Shown piece by piece: positions 17,444-27,568 of a DNA stretch of 64,000 nt. This DNA comes from Cyclobacteriaceae bacterium (GTDB taxonomy: Bacteria; Bacteroidota; Bacteroidia; Cytophagales; Cyclobacteriaceae). Location: NCBI GenBank assembly GCA_049115715.1, contig JAGDZQ010000007.1:35714-99713 (forward strand), given 5' to 3'. The number at the start of each line of letters is the position of its first letter. Within the stretch, counting starts at the first letter, position 1. A program made the translations under genes and the position numbers. The notes under the pieces were generated by a model. It was not told the DNA's origin, did no database searches, and saw nothing but the letters and a program-made list of their open reading frames with translations.

Positions 17444-18324
17444 CTAAAGTAACGCTCCTCTGTAATATTTCCCTCCTCTATTTCATTAAGGATCACGCAA
17501 CCTGGCTCGTTAATATGCATGCAGTTATGAAACTTACAACTACCCAAGTGAGTGCGCATTTCTGGAAAGTAGTGAGCTAATTCATTTGACTCAATCTCCG
17601 ATAATCCTAACTCTTTAATACCCGGAGTATCAATGATGGCTGAGTTCTCATTCACAAAAAACATTTCGGCAAATGTGGTGGTGTGCACTCCCTTATTGGC
17701 GAAACCAGAAACTTCTGTGATCTTTTGATTCACGCTAGGAAGTAGATTATTTATAAGGGTAGATTTACCAACACCTGAGTGTCCGGAGATTAGGCTTACC
17801 TTGTTACTTAATAAGTTTTCTATTTCTTCATTTCTCTCCTCATTTAAAAATGAGGATTTCACACACTTATACCCAATTCGCTCATATCTCCACATGGTAT
17901 AATTAACCTCTTCTTCCTCTTCATCGTCAAGCAAATCCATCTTATTGAAAACAATGACTCCCGGAATGCGATACGTCTCGAGTGTTACCAAAAATCGATC
18001 AATAAACCCGAATGAAGTCTTGGGCATCTTCACCGTGGCGATTAAAACTGCCTGATCGATATTGGCAGCAATGATATGATCATGATGTTTCCTTTTAGGA
18101 GATTTTCGGATGATGTAGTTTTCTCGCGGCTCGATCTCTTCGATCATCCATTCATTTTCCACTCCACTATTTTCAGCGAGAACTACACGATCTCCTACCG
18201 CTATTGGATTCGTTATTTTCTTATCCTCTAATTTAAATCTTCCCCTAAGCCTCGCTTCCAACATTCCTTTTTCAGTTTTCACTTGATACCAGGAACCTGT
18301 AGACTTCACTATCAATCCTTTCAT
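17404..18324 (-). CDS. rsgA: Ribosome small subunit-dependent GTPase A
   Basis: IAVGDRV, NKMD, GHSGVGKS, GVHTTT, DTPG, CKFHNCMHINEPGC zinc site. Confidence 0.97.
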   Translation of the reverse strand: MKGLIVKSTGSWYQVKTEKGMLEARLRGRFKLEDKKITNPIAVGDRVVLAENSGVENEWMIEEIEPRENYIIRKSPKRKHHDHIIAANIDQAVLIATVKMPKTSFGFIDRFLVTLETYRIPGVIVFNKMDLLDDEEEEEVNYTMWRYERIGYKCVKSSFLNEERNEEIENLLSNKVSLISGHSGVGKSTLINNLLPSVNQKITEVSGFANKGVHTTTFAEMFFVNENSAIIDTPGIKELGLSEIESNELAHYFPEMRTHLGSCKFHNCMHINEPGCVILNEIEEGNITEERYFSYISMLEGDDNRR

Positions 18325-18365
18325 ATGTGCAATCTCAATGAGGCAAAGCTATTGAATCAATGGCA

Positions 18366-18398
18366 TAAAAAAAGCTGATGACTTACGCCATCAGCTTT
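18366..18398 (-). terminator. Intrinsic terminator of the perR-like/ahpC unit
   Basis: AAAGCTGATG/CATCAGCTTT 10-bp stem with a T-tract on the minus strand. Confidence 0.8.
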
Positions 18399-18418
18399 CA
18401 CTTAATTGCTTTTAATAC

Positions 18419-19048
18419 TTAATGAGATGAAAGATAGCTAGCTACACCCTCCCTTGTAGCGCTCATCGCATCCTTTCCTTCTTCCCAGTTTGCAGGACAA
18501 ACTTCACCATGCTCTTCCACATGCTTCCATGCATCTACTATTCGGATCATTTCGTCGATATTTCTTCCTAATGGAAGATCATTGATTGTTTCATGTCTCA
18601 CTATACCTTCTTTATCAATGAAAAACGTTCCTCTATACGCTATAGGAGCGCCCTCAAATGTAAGTTGACCATCTTCATCATAGCTCCAATCTCCTGCTAG
18701 TACTCCGTAGTTGCTTGCTACAGTTTTTGATGAATCTGCAACCAAAGGATAAGTAACTCCTTCGATTCCTCCATTGTCCTTTGCCGTCATCAACCAAGCC
18801 AAATGAGTCTCTTCAGTATCACAAGAAGCTCCTACCACTTGCACTCCTCTTTTTTCAAATTCAGCTAGCTTCTCCTGAAAAGCCAAAATCTCAGTAGGAC
18901 ATACAAACGTAAAATCCTTTGGGTAGAAAAAGAACATCACCTCTTTCTTTCCAATATACTGCTCTAGAGAAAAACTCTCTACGATCTCCTCACCATCAAT
19001 TACGGCAGGGGTATCAAATAATGGTGCACTTTTACCAACTAATGACAT
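18419..19048 (-). CDS. ahpC: 2-Cys peroxiredoxin (AhpC/TSA)
   Basis: FYPKDFTFVCPTE and GEVCPANW motifs. Confidence 0.95.
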   Translation of the reverse strand: MSLVGKSAPLFDTPAVIDGEEIVESFSLEQYIGKKEVMFFFYPKDFTFVCPTEILAFQEKLAEFEKRGVQVVGASCDTEETHLAWLMTAKDNGGIEGVTYPLVADSSKTVASNYGVLAGDWSYDEDGQLTFEGAPIAYRGTFFIDKEGIVRHETINDLPLGRNIDEMIRIVDAWKHVEEHGEVCPANWEEGKDAMSATREGVASYLSSH

Positions 19049-19070
19049 AATCTGTATTCTATTTATATAA

Positions 19071-19520
19071 TTAAAAAATGGTTACTCTCTCATCGGGGTT
19101 TTCCTTTTCCCCATTAATCTGAACTTTGATTTCAGTGATTTTAAAGTTTTTGATCTGTTTTTTCTCGAAATATTCTTTCACCAACTTATTAAGTTCTCCA
19201 TCATCATAATCCTGAATCTCCTCGGTATTGGTCGAATAGATATGACCATGTGGCTCCAGCTTCGCATCATATCGCTTAATCCCATTTCTAGAAGCTACAT
19301 GACAAGCAAGATTTGATTCTACAAACTTTTCCAAAATGCGATATACACTACCAAGAGATATACTAGGATTATTCTCCTTTATAGAAGAATGTACCTGCTC
19401 TGCCGTAGGATGTTGATCCATCATCATCAAAGAATGCAAAACCGCAATCCTCGGATGAGTAGCCTTCAAGCCAGCCTCACCTATTAATTCTTTTGTGTGT
19501 AAGTAAGAGTTGGAATTCAA
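19071..19520 (-). CDS. Fur family regulator, PerR-like
   Basis: GLKATHPRIAVL, HPTAEQV, ISLGSVYRIL, HGHI; directly upstream of ahpC; TTG start as called by the track. Confidence 0.88.
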   Translation of the reverse strand: MNSNSYLHTKELIGEAGLKATHPRIAVLHSLMMMDQHPTAEQVHSSIKENNPSISLGSVYRILEKFVESNLACHVASRNGIKRYDAKLEPHGHIYSTNTEEIQDYDDGELNKLVKEYFEKKQIKNFKITEIKVQINGEKENPDERVTIF

Positions 19521-19773
19521 TTCTATTTGAGAAATATTCTTATTTAGAACAAAAATACAACAAAGTTTTTAACATCCAATGAAACACTGAAAAGAATACC
19601 AAATTCATGGTATTTGAGAATCTATAATTTAGAAATAGCTTTGGAAATACTTATATAATAGGGAAATCAGTATTTTTGCTCAAACTGAATGCGGAAACAT
19701 TAAAATGAACTGAAAAGTTTCACAGGTTCCAAAGTCGGTTTAGCAAAACATTAAACATGAAAACAAAAACAAA

Positions 19774-20337
19774 ATGAGAATTTTTACAACCGTCTTATCT
19801 TTATGTGTTCTCGTAATTTTCACAAACTGCGGGGAAGAAGGTGTAGGGTTTAACATTGGGAAAGAATTTCCTCTGGAAATCCCCGTCGATCTTGGCACAT
19901 TTCCAACAACCATCCCTGGTGTAAACCCACCTGAATTTTCTGAAAGTGCCTCCTATGATATCAACAAGGTTGATGAATTCAGCGGAGAAAGTATTGAAGA
20001 AGTTGTATTCAATGGAGTTTCTTACGGTATCACTGGAGTAAATGAATCAGGTGAATCAGGCGAAAACATTACTGTAGAAGATTTATCATTGGTAATAAGC
20101 TACAATGGAGACGTACTTGCTACCATTGATGTAGCTAGTGATTTACCTACTGATAAACTTGCAAATCTTTCAGCGATTCCTGTCACAGGGTTAGACGCTG
20201 ATAATCTTTCTCAAATTCTTAAAGATGGAGGAGAAATTGATACAGAGGTTACCTTTGACTTTGGAGAAGTTCCTGGATCTGGCTTTGATTTCAACTTCGT
20301 ATTCTATTTCGATGTAATTGCCAAAATAAGAGAATAA
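19774..20337 (+). CDS. Hypothetical lipoprotein
   Basis: Signal II ...VLVIFTNC followed by acidic residues; beta-rich mature part. Confidence 0.75.
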   Translation: MRIFTTVLSLCVLVIFTNCGEEGVGFNIGKEFPLEIPVDLGTFPTTIPGVNPPEFSESASYDINKVDEFSGESIEEVVFNGVSYGITGVNESGESGENITVEDLSLVISYNGDVLATIDVASDLPTDKLANLSAIPVTGLDADNLSQILKDGGEIDTEVTFDFGEVPGSGFDFNFVFYFDVIAKIRE

Positions 20338-20363
20338 CCTATCACCGATCTAAATAAAAAAAT

Positions 20364-21386
20364 ATGAAAAAGATATATATAGCTATACTAATGATTGGAG
20401 CAATGAATTTATCTTCATTTGCTCAAGACATTGATCTTGACACTTTCCTAGAGGGAGGTGTGGGAAATGCAAATAACTTATTAGAAGGGTATTTAGAACC
20501 TGCTTTTGCTGGATTTGGGTATGCACTGAATTCAGGATGGTATAATACAGGAAAACCTCACAAACTGCTTGGCTTTGATCTTACTTTTGGGTTGAATATG
20601 GCTCAGGTTCCCAATAGTGCCAACACATTCAAGTTCAACGAAAGTAATTTCACCAACATTACTTTAGAGAATCCAATTAACCCTGACTCTCCACTTTTTG
20701 GAACGAATGAGTTACCTACTCTTTTTGGACCCAACTTGAATGCTGATGATATCCCCTTTTTAGTCTTCAACTCTGGAACTGATGATGAAGTGCGTTTCAC
20801 TTCTCCAACTGGATCTGGAATTGATGAAGTTTTACCGTTTGTGGCTGTACCTGCTCCTTACGCTCAATTCGGGATAGGTTTGATAAAGAACACAGACTTA
20901 AAAATCAGATTGGTACCGGAACAAGAGGTTGATGGAAATTCGATAAAAATGTTCGGAATTGGTGTTATGCATGATGTAAAACAATGGATTCCTGGGATTA
21001 AGAACCTCCCATTCGATTTAAGTGGTTTCTTCGGGTATACAAGCATGGAAACTGTTGCAACGATAGATGAGAACGCGGGTCAAACTGCAGTATTCAACGT
21101 TTCTGGAACGACTCTTCAAGGAATAATATCAAAAAAACTGGCTATACTAACTGTATATGGAGGACTAGGTTTTACGACCTCTAAAACAGAATTCAAAATG
21201 CTAGGTGACTATAGCGACATCCTTTCTGAAGACCCTATTGATCCTATTAACATCTCGAGTAACAATGGAGGTGCAAGAGCTAATATAGGTGCAAGGTTGA
21301 AATTGCTTATTCTCACTTTCCATGTTGAATATGCACTTCAAAAATACAATACAATTACGGCAGGAGTAGGATTGAGTCTTAGGTAA
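20364..21386 (+). CDS. Outer-membrane beta-barrel protein (DUF6588-like)
   Basis: Signal peptide, YLEPAFAGFGYALNSGWYNT, PYAQFGIGL, FGIGVMHDVKQW, C-terminal ITAGVGLSLR strand. Confidence 0.75.
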   Translation: MKKIYIAILMIGAMNLSSFAQDIDLDTFLEGGVGNANNLLEGYLEPAFAGFGYALNSGWYNTGKPHKLLGFDLTFGLNMAQVPNSANTFKFNESNFTNITLENPINPDSPLFGTNELPTLFGPNLNADDIPFLVFNSGTDDEVRFTSPTGSGIDEVLPFVAVPAPYAQFGIGLIKNTDLKIRLVPEQEVDGNSIKMFGIGVMHDVKQWIPGIKNLPFDLSGFFGYTSMETVATIDENAGQTAVFNVSGTTLQGIISKKLAILTVYGGLGFTTSKTEFKMLGDYSDILSEDPIDPINISSNNGGARANIGARLKLLILTFHVEYALQKYNTITAGVGLSLR

Positions 21387-21408
21387 TAAAAAAATATCTA
21401 TTAAGTTT

Positions 21409-21437
21409 AAACCCTGGCGATTCGTCAGGGTTTTTTT
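21409..21437 (+). terminator. Intrinsic terminator
   Basis: AAACCCTGGCGATTCGTCAGGGTTTTTTT. Confidence 0.8.
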
Positions 21438-21461
21438 ATTGTATTCACAACACAACCCCAG

Positions 21462-23375
21462 TTGAAAAAAGGCTTACTACTATATTCAATCTTACTTTTT
21501 TTATGTAACTCTTCTCTCCTTGCTCAAAAGAAGACTGTCAAAATCCAAAAAGGACAGATTCTCATTCTAGAAGACTCCATAATTGCTCCTAAGAAAGACA
21601 CGCTATTCATTTGTGAGCCAGATACTAAATATAAAATCCGAAATAACCCATACGCTAGTTCAGATCTTTTCTATAAAGGGTTAAAAGAGAAATCCAGCAA
21701 TAACAAAGTCACGGACAGGTTATCAGACCTTTTCCTTGTAAGTCCTAACAAACAAACACTTGCCAGTGCCAAAGCAGGAATATCAAGTGAGGTAGCGTTT
21801 AAAAAGTATGAGGGTAAAATAATAAGAAACATACGGTTCAAGCATGTAGATATGCTAGAAGGTAGTGTTCAGGATACGTTGAGATTTTCTTCTTCTGAGC
21901 TATCTATTTTTGCCAATAAGTCTCATTATAGCACCAAAGAATGGGTTCTGAAAAGTAATATGAATATTAGAGAGGGTCAAAAAGCAGATCCGTTTATCCT
22001 TGCCGACAATGAAAGACTTTTAAGACAGCTACTTTATGTAGAAGACGCCAAAATATACATAAAGCAACATGGACAATATATTGACCTGATCGTTGCGGTA
22101 AAAGACAGGTTGGCTTGGGGATTTCAAGGGAGCTACAGCAATTCAAATCAATTTGGATTTGAGGTATTTAACAGATCTGTGGCCGGACTTGGCAGGTTTG
22201 GATCTATCGGCTACTATCACAACTCTAAGTCAAGTCCTGTTCACGGGTACTCCTTAAGGGTAGGAGGTCAAAACACATTAAAATTGATAACCAGCTGGGA
22301 AGTAAGCCGATCAGATTTTTGGGACAAGAAAGACCTAGGATTGGATGTGCAAAAGCAATTTGTAACTCCAGAAGTAAAATATGGCGGGGGATTGGAACTC
22401 CGAACAATTACGGATTCCACGATAGTATTGGATGGTGATACAGAGGATGATAGATTCTATAAATTAAACTTTAGAGATATTTGGGCTGGCAGATCTTTCC
22501 TGCTACACACAGATGATAAAAGGCGCAACATTGTTTTATCCGGAAGATTCCTTAGGCATAAATTTGATTTTCGGCCTTCGGTTGCAAAAGACAGCAATGA
22601 AATTTACTACAACCGCAAATTCATCTTAACACAAGCATCTTACGCGAAGCAAAAATTTATAAAATCTAACTATGTCCTTGGGTTCGGAATATCGGAGGAT
22701 ATACCGGTGGGATATAGGTTCTCAATTTTGTACGGTCGGGATTTCAACGAATTCTTCACCCAAAATTATGCGGGATTTCAATACTTCTTATCTAAATATA
22801 TCAAAGGAAAAGGATACTTCTTAATCAATGTGCAGCTCGGAGGGTTTGCTAAAAAAGTGCTTAAAACTGGCGTATATGGTGCAAGTACAACATATTACAC
22901 CCCTTTGATAAACATTGGTGCTTTTGGTAGATACAAAAACAGAACATTTATCTCTGCAGGATATACCAACGGTTACAGGCAACCTCAAGCCAGAAACCTT
23001 ACACTTGAAGGACGCATAAGAGACATAAACGGCGTAAGAACTGTAGGAGATATAGCCAAATTCTTAAAGCTGGAGTCTGTATTATTCACACCATGGTATT
23101 TTTATGGCTTTCGGTTTGCACCTTTCGTATATGGAAGCGTAAGCACTGTTATTGATAACAGAACAACGGCTATGAATCACAGTTTTGATTCATTTGGACT
23201 TGGGTTTAGGTTGAAGAATGAAAGTTTGGTTTTTAACACGTTTGAAGTTCGAGCTACTCGATTCGTCGTGGCTCCAAATGATACTGATGACTTTTTGATA
23301 AGTGTTTCTGTAACCACACCTATCACCTTTAGAAATATATTCAATTACAAACCGAGGCTGATTCCTTTTCAGTAG
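21462..23375 (+). CDS. Omp85/BamA-TamA-like outer membrane protein (POTRA-like plus beta-barrel)
   Basis: Signal peptide; KYEGKIIRNIRF and LADNERLLRQLLYVEDAKI POTRA-like segments; aromatic alternating strands in the C-terminal half; TTG start. Confidence 0.6.
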   Translation: MKKGLLLYSILLFLCNSSLLAQKKTVKIQKGQILILEDSIIAPKKDTLFICEPDTKYKIRNNPYASSDLFYKGLKEKSSNNKVTDRLSDLFLVSPNKQTLASAKAGISSEVAFKKYEGKIIRNIRFKHVDMLEGSVQDTLRFSSSELSIFANKSHYSTKEWVLKSNMNIREGQKADPFILADNERLLRQLLYVEDAKIYIKQHGQYIDLIVAVKDRLAWGFQGSYSNSNQFGFEVFNRSVAGLGRFGSIGYYHNSKSSPVHGYSLRVGGQNTLKLITSWEVSRSDFWDKKDLGLDVQKQFVTPEVKYGGGLELRTITDSTIVLDGDTEDDRFYKLNFRDIWAGRSFLLHTDDKRRNIVLSGRFLRHKFDFRPSVAKDSNEIYYNRKFILTQASYAKQKFIKSNYVLGFGISEDIPVGYRFSILYGRDFNEFFTQNYAGFQYFLSKYIKGKGYFLINVQLGGFAKKVLKTGVYGASTTYYTPLINIGAFGRYKNRTFISAGYTNGYRQPQARNLTLEGRIRDINGVRTVGDIAKFLKLESVLFTPWYFYGFRFAPFVYGSVSTVIDNRTTAMNHSFDSFGLGFRLKNESLVFNTFEVRATRFVVAPNDTDDFLISVSVTTPITFRNIFNYKPRLIPFQ

Positions 23376-23389
23376 GTTAAAAAAAGAAA

Positions 23390-23409
23390 AGTCCCGATAG
23401 TTCGGGACT
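23390..23409. terminator. Hairpin AGTCCCGA-TAGT-TCGGGACT, probable terminator
   Basis: 8-bp perfect stem; the long A-tract on the left gives a better U-tract on the minus strand. Confidence 0.6.
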
Positions 23410-23501
23410 CTTCAAATTGTCAAACAGGTGTATGAATTAATTTGTGTTATGCATTGGTATATACGACTAATAATAAAAAGGTAACCCTTCAATGTAAAAA
23501 A

Positions 23502-23972
23502 ATGATTAAAGTTTTATTTGTATGCTTAGGAAACATCTGCAGATCCCCTCTTGCAGAAGCTATATTCAATCAGAAAATCAAAGAAAAAGGTCTGGAAAAT
23601 GTAGTCTCATCAGATTCTGCTGGCACATCCAATTATCACATCGGAGAACAACCTGATGAAAGAAGCATTCAGGTCTCGCTCAATCACAACGTACCCATAA
23701 ATCACTTAGGTAGACAATTGGTAAGGAAAGACGGAGAAACGTTCACCTACATTTTAGCTATGGACAGGTCTAACCATAGAAACACAATTCATACCCTCAA
23801 CAACACGCATGAGGGATTGTTTCTTATGAGAGATTTTGACCCGGACGAAACTGGAGCCGATGTACCAGACCCTTATTATGGTGGTAAAGATGGATTTCAA
23901 GAGGTTTATGATATTTTGGATAGGTCTATCGAAAAATTCATCCAGTTCCTTAAAGAAAAACATGATCTGTAA
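23502..23972 (+). CDS. Low-molecular-weight protein tyrosine phosphatase
   Basis: VLFVCLGNICRSP P-loop and DPYYG. Start moved from 23442 to the in-frame ATG at 23502 (MIKVLFVC). Confidence 0.95.
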   Translation: MIKVLFVCLGNICRSPLAEAIFNQKIKEKGLENVVSSDSAGTSNYHIGEQPDERSIQVSLNHNVPINHLGRQLVRKDGETFTYILAMDRSNHRNTIHTLNNTHEGLFLMRDFDPDETGADVPDPYYGGKDGFQEVYDILDRSIEKFIQFLKEKHDL

Positions 23973-24841
23973 TGAAAGAAGGTTGTTTCATTAAGGCTGC
24001 ACTTGAAACCACTCTGAGTAAAAAAATTGATATTCTCTCTGGAAACATTGTTTTAGGAGGAGATATTAGTAAAGCCTCTTCGATTCAAACCGAAGAGGGC
24101 AACTTCTTTATTAAATGGAATACACATGCGATACCTGACCTGTTCGAAAAGGAAGTTCACGGGCTTGCAATTCTTAAATCAACTAACACCATTAACATCC
24201 CTGAGGTAATTGGATTTGGCTCGGTTGAAAATCAATATTATTTAATTATTGAGCTTATTGAAAGGGGAGCTCCAAACTCTAAGTTTTGGGATTCTTTTGG
24301 TCAACAATTGGCAGACCTCCACAGGCACTCTAGTCCTAACTATGGATTGGATATAGACAATTTTATTGGACGTTTACCACAGATAAACAAACAGCACGAA
24401 AATTGGGTTGATTTTTTCGTAGAAAATAGACTTGATTATCAATTGCAACTTGGCTTAACCAATCAAGTCCTGACTGCAGCTTTTGCTTCAAAAATCGAGA
24501 AGCTATATAATAAACTCCCTACCCTTCTTCCCACCGAAAAACCTGCATTACTTCATGGAGATTTATGGAGTGGAAATTTCTTATGTGATCAAAAAGGTAA
24601 TCCATGCATTTATGACCCTGCAGTATACTATGGAAACAGAGAAATGGAAATCGCATTCACTCAGTTATTTGGCGGATTTGATTCCAGATTCTACCATGCT
24701 TATAATGAAGCATTTCCATTGCAAAAGGGATTTGAAGAAAGAAAAGACCTCTACAATATCTATCCTCTACTTGTTCATGCGAACCTGTTTGGGGGATCGT
24801 ATGCTAGCAGTGTAGATAGAATCCTTAGTAGATTTATTTAA
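23972..24841 (+). CDS. Fructosamine/ribulosamine 3-kinase family
   Basis: FFIKWN, FGQQLADLH, YGLDIDNFIG, PALLHGDLWSGN, YDPAVYYGNREMEIA. Confidence 0.95.
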   Translation: MKEGCFIKAALETTLSKKIDILSGNIVLGGDISKASSIQTEEGNFFIKWNTHAIPDLFEKEVHGLAILKSTNTINIPEVIGFGSVENQYYLIIELIERGAPNSKFWDSFGQQLADLHRHSSPNYGLDIDNFIGRLPQINKQHENWVDFFVENRLDYQLQLGLTNQVLTAAFASKIEKLYNKLPTLLPTEKPALLHGDLWSGNFLCDQKGNPCIYDPAVYYGNREMEIAFTQLFGGFDSRFYHAYNEAFPLQKGFEERKDLYNIYPLLVHANLFGGSYASSVDRILSRFI

Positions 24842-26066
24842 CACGATACACTACTTGATAGTTACTTCTTGATTTTTCTTCTATAATGATCTCAATACCT
24901 TTAGGAAGCATCTCAAAAGAACCTTCTTGATAGTTTTTTATAGTAGCCAGGGATAGGCCTGTATTATACAATACCTGAAAATCCTCATTAAGTTGATCGA
25001 TTATACGCTCTCGCTTCTTTTCATTATCATCCATACAAAAAGTAAATGTAAGGGCCGAATTATGGATTAAGTTGGCTTTTACATTTGTACCATTTAATGC
25101 ATTTAGGATGGCACTCATCTTTCGCTCATCCATAAAACTATTGTCCTTTACCCGAGCGGACACAAGCAGCTGATTTTCTTTAAAAATAAAACAGGTTTTG
25201 GTGCTTGTCTTCTTATCCTCGGATATTTCAGTGCCTGAGTAGTCTGGCTGCAAAAACGATTTAACGAATAAAGGAATACCCCCCTTAGCAAGTGGATGAA
25301 TCGTCTTTGGATGGATAACCTTAGCTCCATAGTAAGTCATCTCTATTACTTCTTGATAGCTGACATGATCAAATTTCTCCGCTTCAGGAAAAATCTTAGG
25401 ATCTGCATTGAGTAAACCTGGGACGTCTTTCCATACTGTCAGGCTAGCTGCTTTAAGAATACTTGCAAAAATTGCTCCTGAGAAGTCCGAGCCTTCTCTG
25501 CCCAGAGTCGTAGTTTGACCATGATCATTTCCCGCGATAAACCCTTGCGTCACAATAGCGCCATGCTTGAGTAAGTCTGGAAAATCTCTAGCAATTAGCT
25601 TCTCTGTCTTTCCCCAATCAACTTCAGCCTCAGTGAAACAAGCGTCGGTCCTGATATAGTCGCGTGCATCTACCCAATTGGTATTCAAATATTTAGCTAT
25701 AATAGTAGTTGATAAAAGCTCCCCAAAAGCGATTATTCTATCTTGAAAAGCAAGCTCATCAGTTGCCTCTTCGCCCAAAGCAGTTACTAATTCATCTTCC
25801 AAAACCGTTTGCTCGCCTGGGACATAACCTAAAAGTTGATCGCTGATTTTTCTATGATGATCAATTACAGACTTAGTGAGAATCTCAAAATTTTGACCGC
25901 CTAGTTTCTGCTTGACTATTGAGGTCAAATCATTGGTTGTCTTTCCCATTGCAGAAATCACAATTATGAGTTGCTCAGAAGAATCATTCTTAACAATTTC
26001 GGCAAGATTTTGAACTCCTTTTGCATCTTTTACAGAAGCGCCTCCAAACTTATAAACTCTTAACAT
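24834..26066 (-). CDS. lysC: Aspartate kinase
   Basis: VYKFGGASV, TTLGREGSDFSG, WKDVPG, ADPK, YYGAKVIHPKT. Confidence 0.95.
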   Translation of the reverse strand: MLRVYKFGGASVKDAKGVQNLAEIVKNDSSEQLIIVISAMGKTTNDLTSIVKQKLGGQNFEILTKSVIDHHRKISDQLLGYVPGEQTVLEDELVTALGEEATDELAFQDRIIAFGELLSTTIIAKYLNTNWVDARDYIRTDACFTEAEVDWGKTEKLIARDFPDLLKHGAIVTQGFIAGNDHGQTTTLGREGSDFSGAIFASILKAASLTVWKDVPGLLNADPKIFPEAEKFDHVSYQEVIEMTYYGAKVIHPKTIHPLAKGGIPLFVKSFLQPDYSGTEISEDKKTSTKTCFIFKENQLLVSARVKDNSFMDERKMSAILNALNGTNVKANLIHNSALTFTFCMDDNEKKRERIIDQLNEDFQVLYNTGLSLATIKNYQEGSFEMLPKGIEIIIEEKSRSNYQVVYRVK

Positions 26067-26125
26067 TAGGACTAAATAAAGTAATTTTGCATGATTAATA
26101 CCTTCCTACAATCTAAATCTGAAGA

Positions 26126-27118
26126 ATGGATTCAAATGAAAACCTGGGATTACCAATAGGTACTACTCTAGACCGATTTATCAAAAGTAAGCAAGACGAG
26201 TTTGAGTTCGCTTCGGGTGACTTATCTCAGCTTTTAAGAGACATAGGACTTGCCGGAAAAATCATTAATCGTGAAGTGAACAAATCTGGTTTGCTCGAAA
26301 TATCAGGAGCTTTTGGTTCTAAAAACGTACAAGGAGAAGATCAACAAAAAATGGATGTCATAGCAGACATTCGATTTACCAGAGCACTCAATAATGGAGG
26401 GCAAGTTTGCGCCATTGTAAGTGAAGAAGACGAAGAAGTTATAAAGCTGGATAAGCAAGGAAAATATGTCGTATGTATGGACCCTCTGGATGGATCTTCT
26501 AACATAGACGTAAACGTTTCAATTGGAACTATCTTTTCCATTTACAGAAGAGTATCACCACAGGGAACTGAAGTCATATCAGAAGATTTAATGCAACCAG
26601 GGACGGAGCAAGTAGCTGCAGGTTATATTTTATATGGGTCGTCTACTATGCTTGTTTATACAACAGGTCATGGAGTAAATGGATTCACACTTGAGCCATC
26701 CTTAGGCGAGTTTGTGCTATCTCATGTAAATATGAGGTACCCCGAAAACGGGAAAATTTATTCTATTAATGAAGGAGCATGGAAAAATTTCAGTGACGAA
26801 TTACAACGCTACATTATGTGGTGTAAGGAAACTGGTCTGACAGCCCGATACATAGGCTCGCTTGTGGCTGATTTTCATAGAAACATGTTGAAGGGAGGAA
26901 TTTATATTTACCCTGCTACTTCAAATGCTCCCAGCGGGAAATTAAGGTTACTTTATGAGTGCAATTCGCTTGCGTTTATAGCAGAACAAGCTGGAGGTGT
27001 AGCAACAGATGGGAAAAATAGAATCCTGGAAATCAAACCAAGTGCTTTTCATCAGAGATCGCCCCTGTACATAGGTTCCAAAAATATGGTAAGCAAAGCG
27101 CATGAATTTGTCGTATAA
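26126..27118 (+). CDS. fbp: Fructose-1,6-bisphosphatase class 1
   Basis: [43 protein letters not shown]. Confidence 0.97.
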   Translation: MDSNENLGLPIGTTLDRFIKSKQDEFEFASGDLSQLLRDIGLAGKIINREVNKSGLLEISGAFGSKNVQGEDQQKMDVIADIRFTRALNNGGQVCAIVSEEDEEVIKLDKQGKYVVCMDPLDGSSNIDVNVSIGTIFSIYRRVSPQGTEVISEDLMQPGTEQVAAGYILYGSSTMLVYTTGHGVNGFTLEPSLGEFVLSHVNMRYPENGKIYSINEGAWKNFSDELQRYIMWCKETGLTARYIGSLVADFHRNMLKGGIYIYPATSNAPSGKLRLLYECNSLAFIAEQAGGVATDGKNRILEIKPSAFHQRSPLYIGSKNMVSKAHEFVV

Positions 27119-27134
27119 GGGTTGTACGTCACAT

Positions 27135-27176
27135 AAAAAAAGAAAAGCCCCACAATCTATCGCTAGAAAGCAGGGC
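27135..27176 (-). terminator. Probable terminator for the minus-strand genes converging on fbp
   Basis: Minus strand GCCCTGC...GTGGGGC stem followed by TTTTCTTTTTTT. Confidence 0.6.
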
Positions 27177-27252
27177 CAATTCACCGCTAGCGCAAATATA
27201 GATCATGGATACCGATTATACAAAGTATAATCACCAATATTAACGATCTCAT

Positions 27253-27552
27253 TCATCCATATTTCGCTCTAGAGATGACTTTTTGCTTTTGTCTCTCTAT
27301 AATAGCCTGTGTGAGTAGAGAAGAAATTTGAGTGGGGTTTGATCGCTCTAAGATTTCTTTCAGCTTGTTTTCTTGAATATCTATTCGATAAAGGACATTA
27401 ATCAGTCCTGAAAAGTCGTGATCCAGCTTGTATTTAACGACCCTATTGAGTTCAGAAAAAAGCTTCTCAAAAGAAGTATCTTCAGAAATCTCAATTTCGA
27501 AATCCTTACCAACAAGCTCGCAACTCTTCAACGCAAGTTCAGATTCATTCAT
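27253..27552 (-). CDS. Conserved hypothetical protein
   Basis: 99 aa; DFSGLINVLYRIDIQE...IIERQKQKVISR motif recalled as common in Bacteroidota hypotheticals. Confidence 0.75.
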   Translation of the reverse strand: MNESELALKSCELVGKDFEIEISEDTSFEKLFSELNRVVKYKLDHDFSGLINVLYRIDIQENKLKEILERSNPTQISSLLTQAIIERQKQKVISRAKYG

Positions 27553-27568
27553 AAGGTGCGAAAATCAG

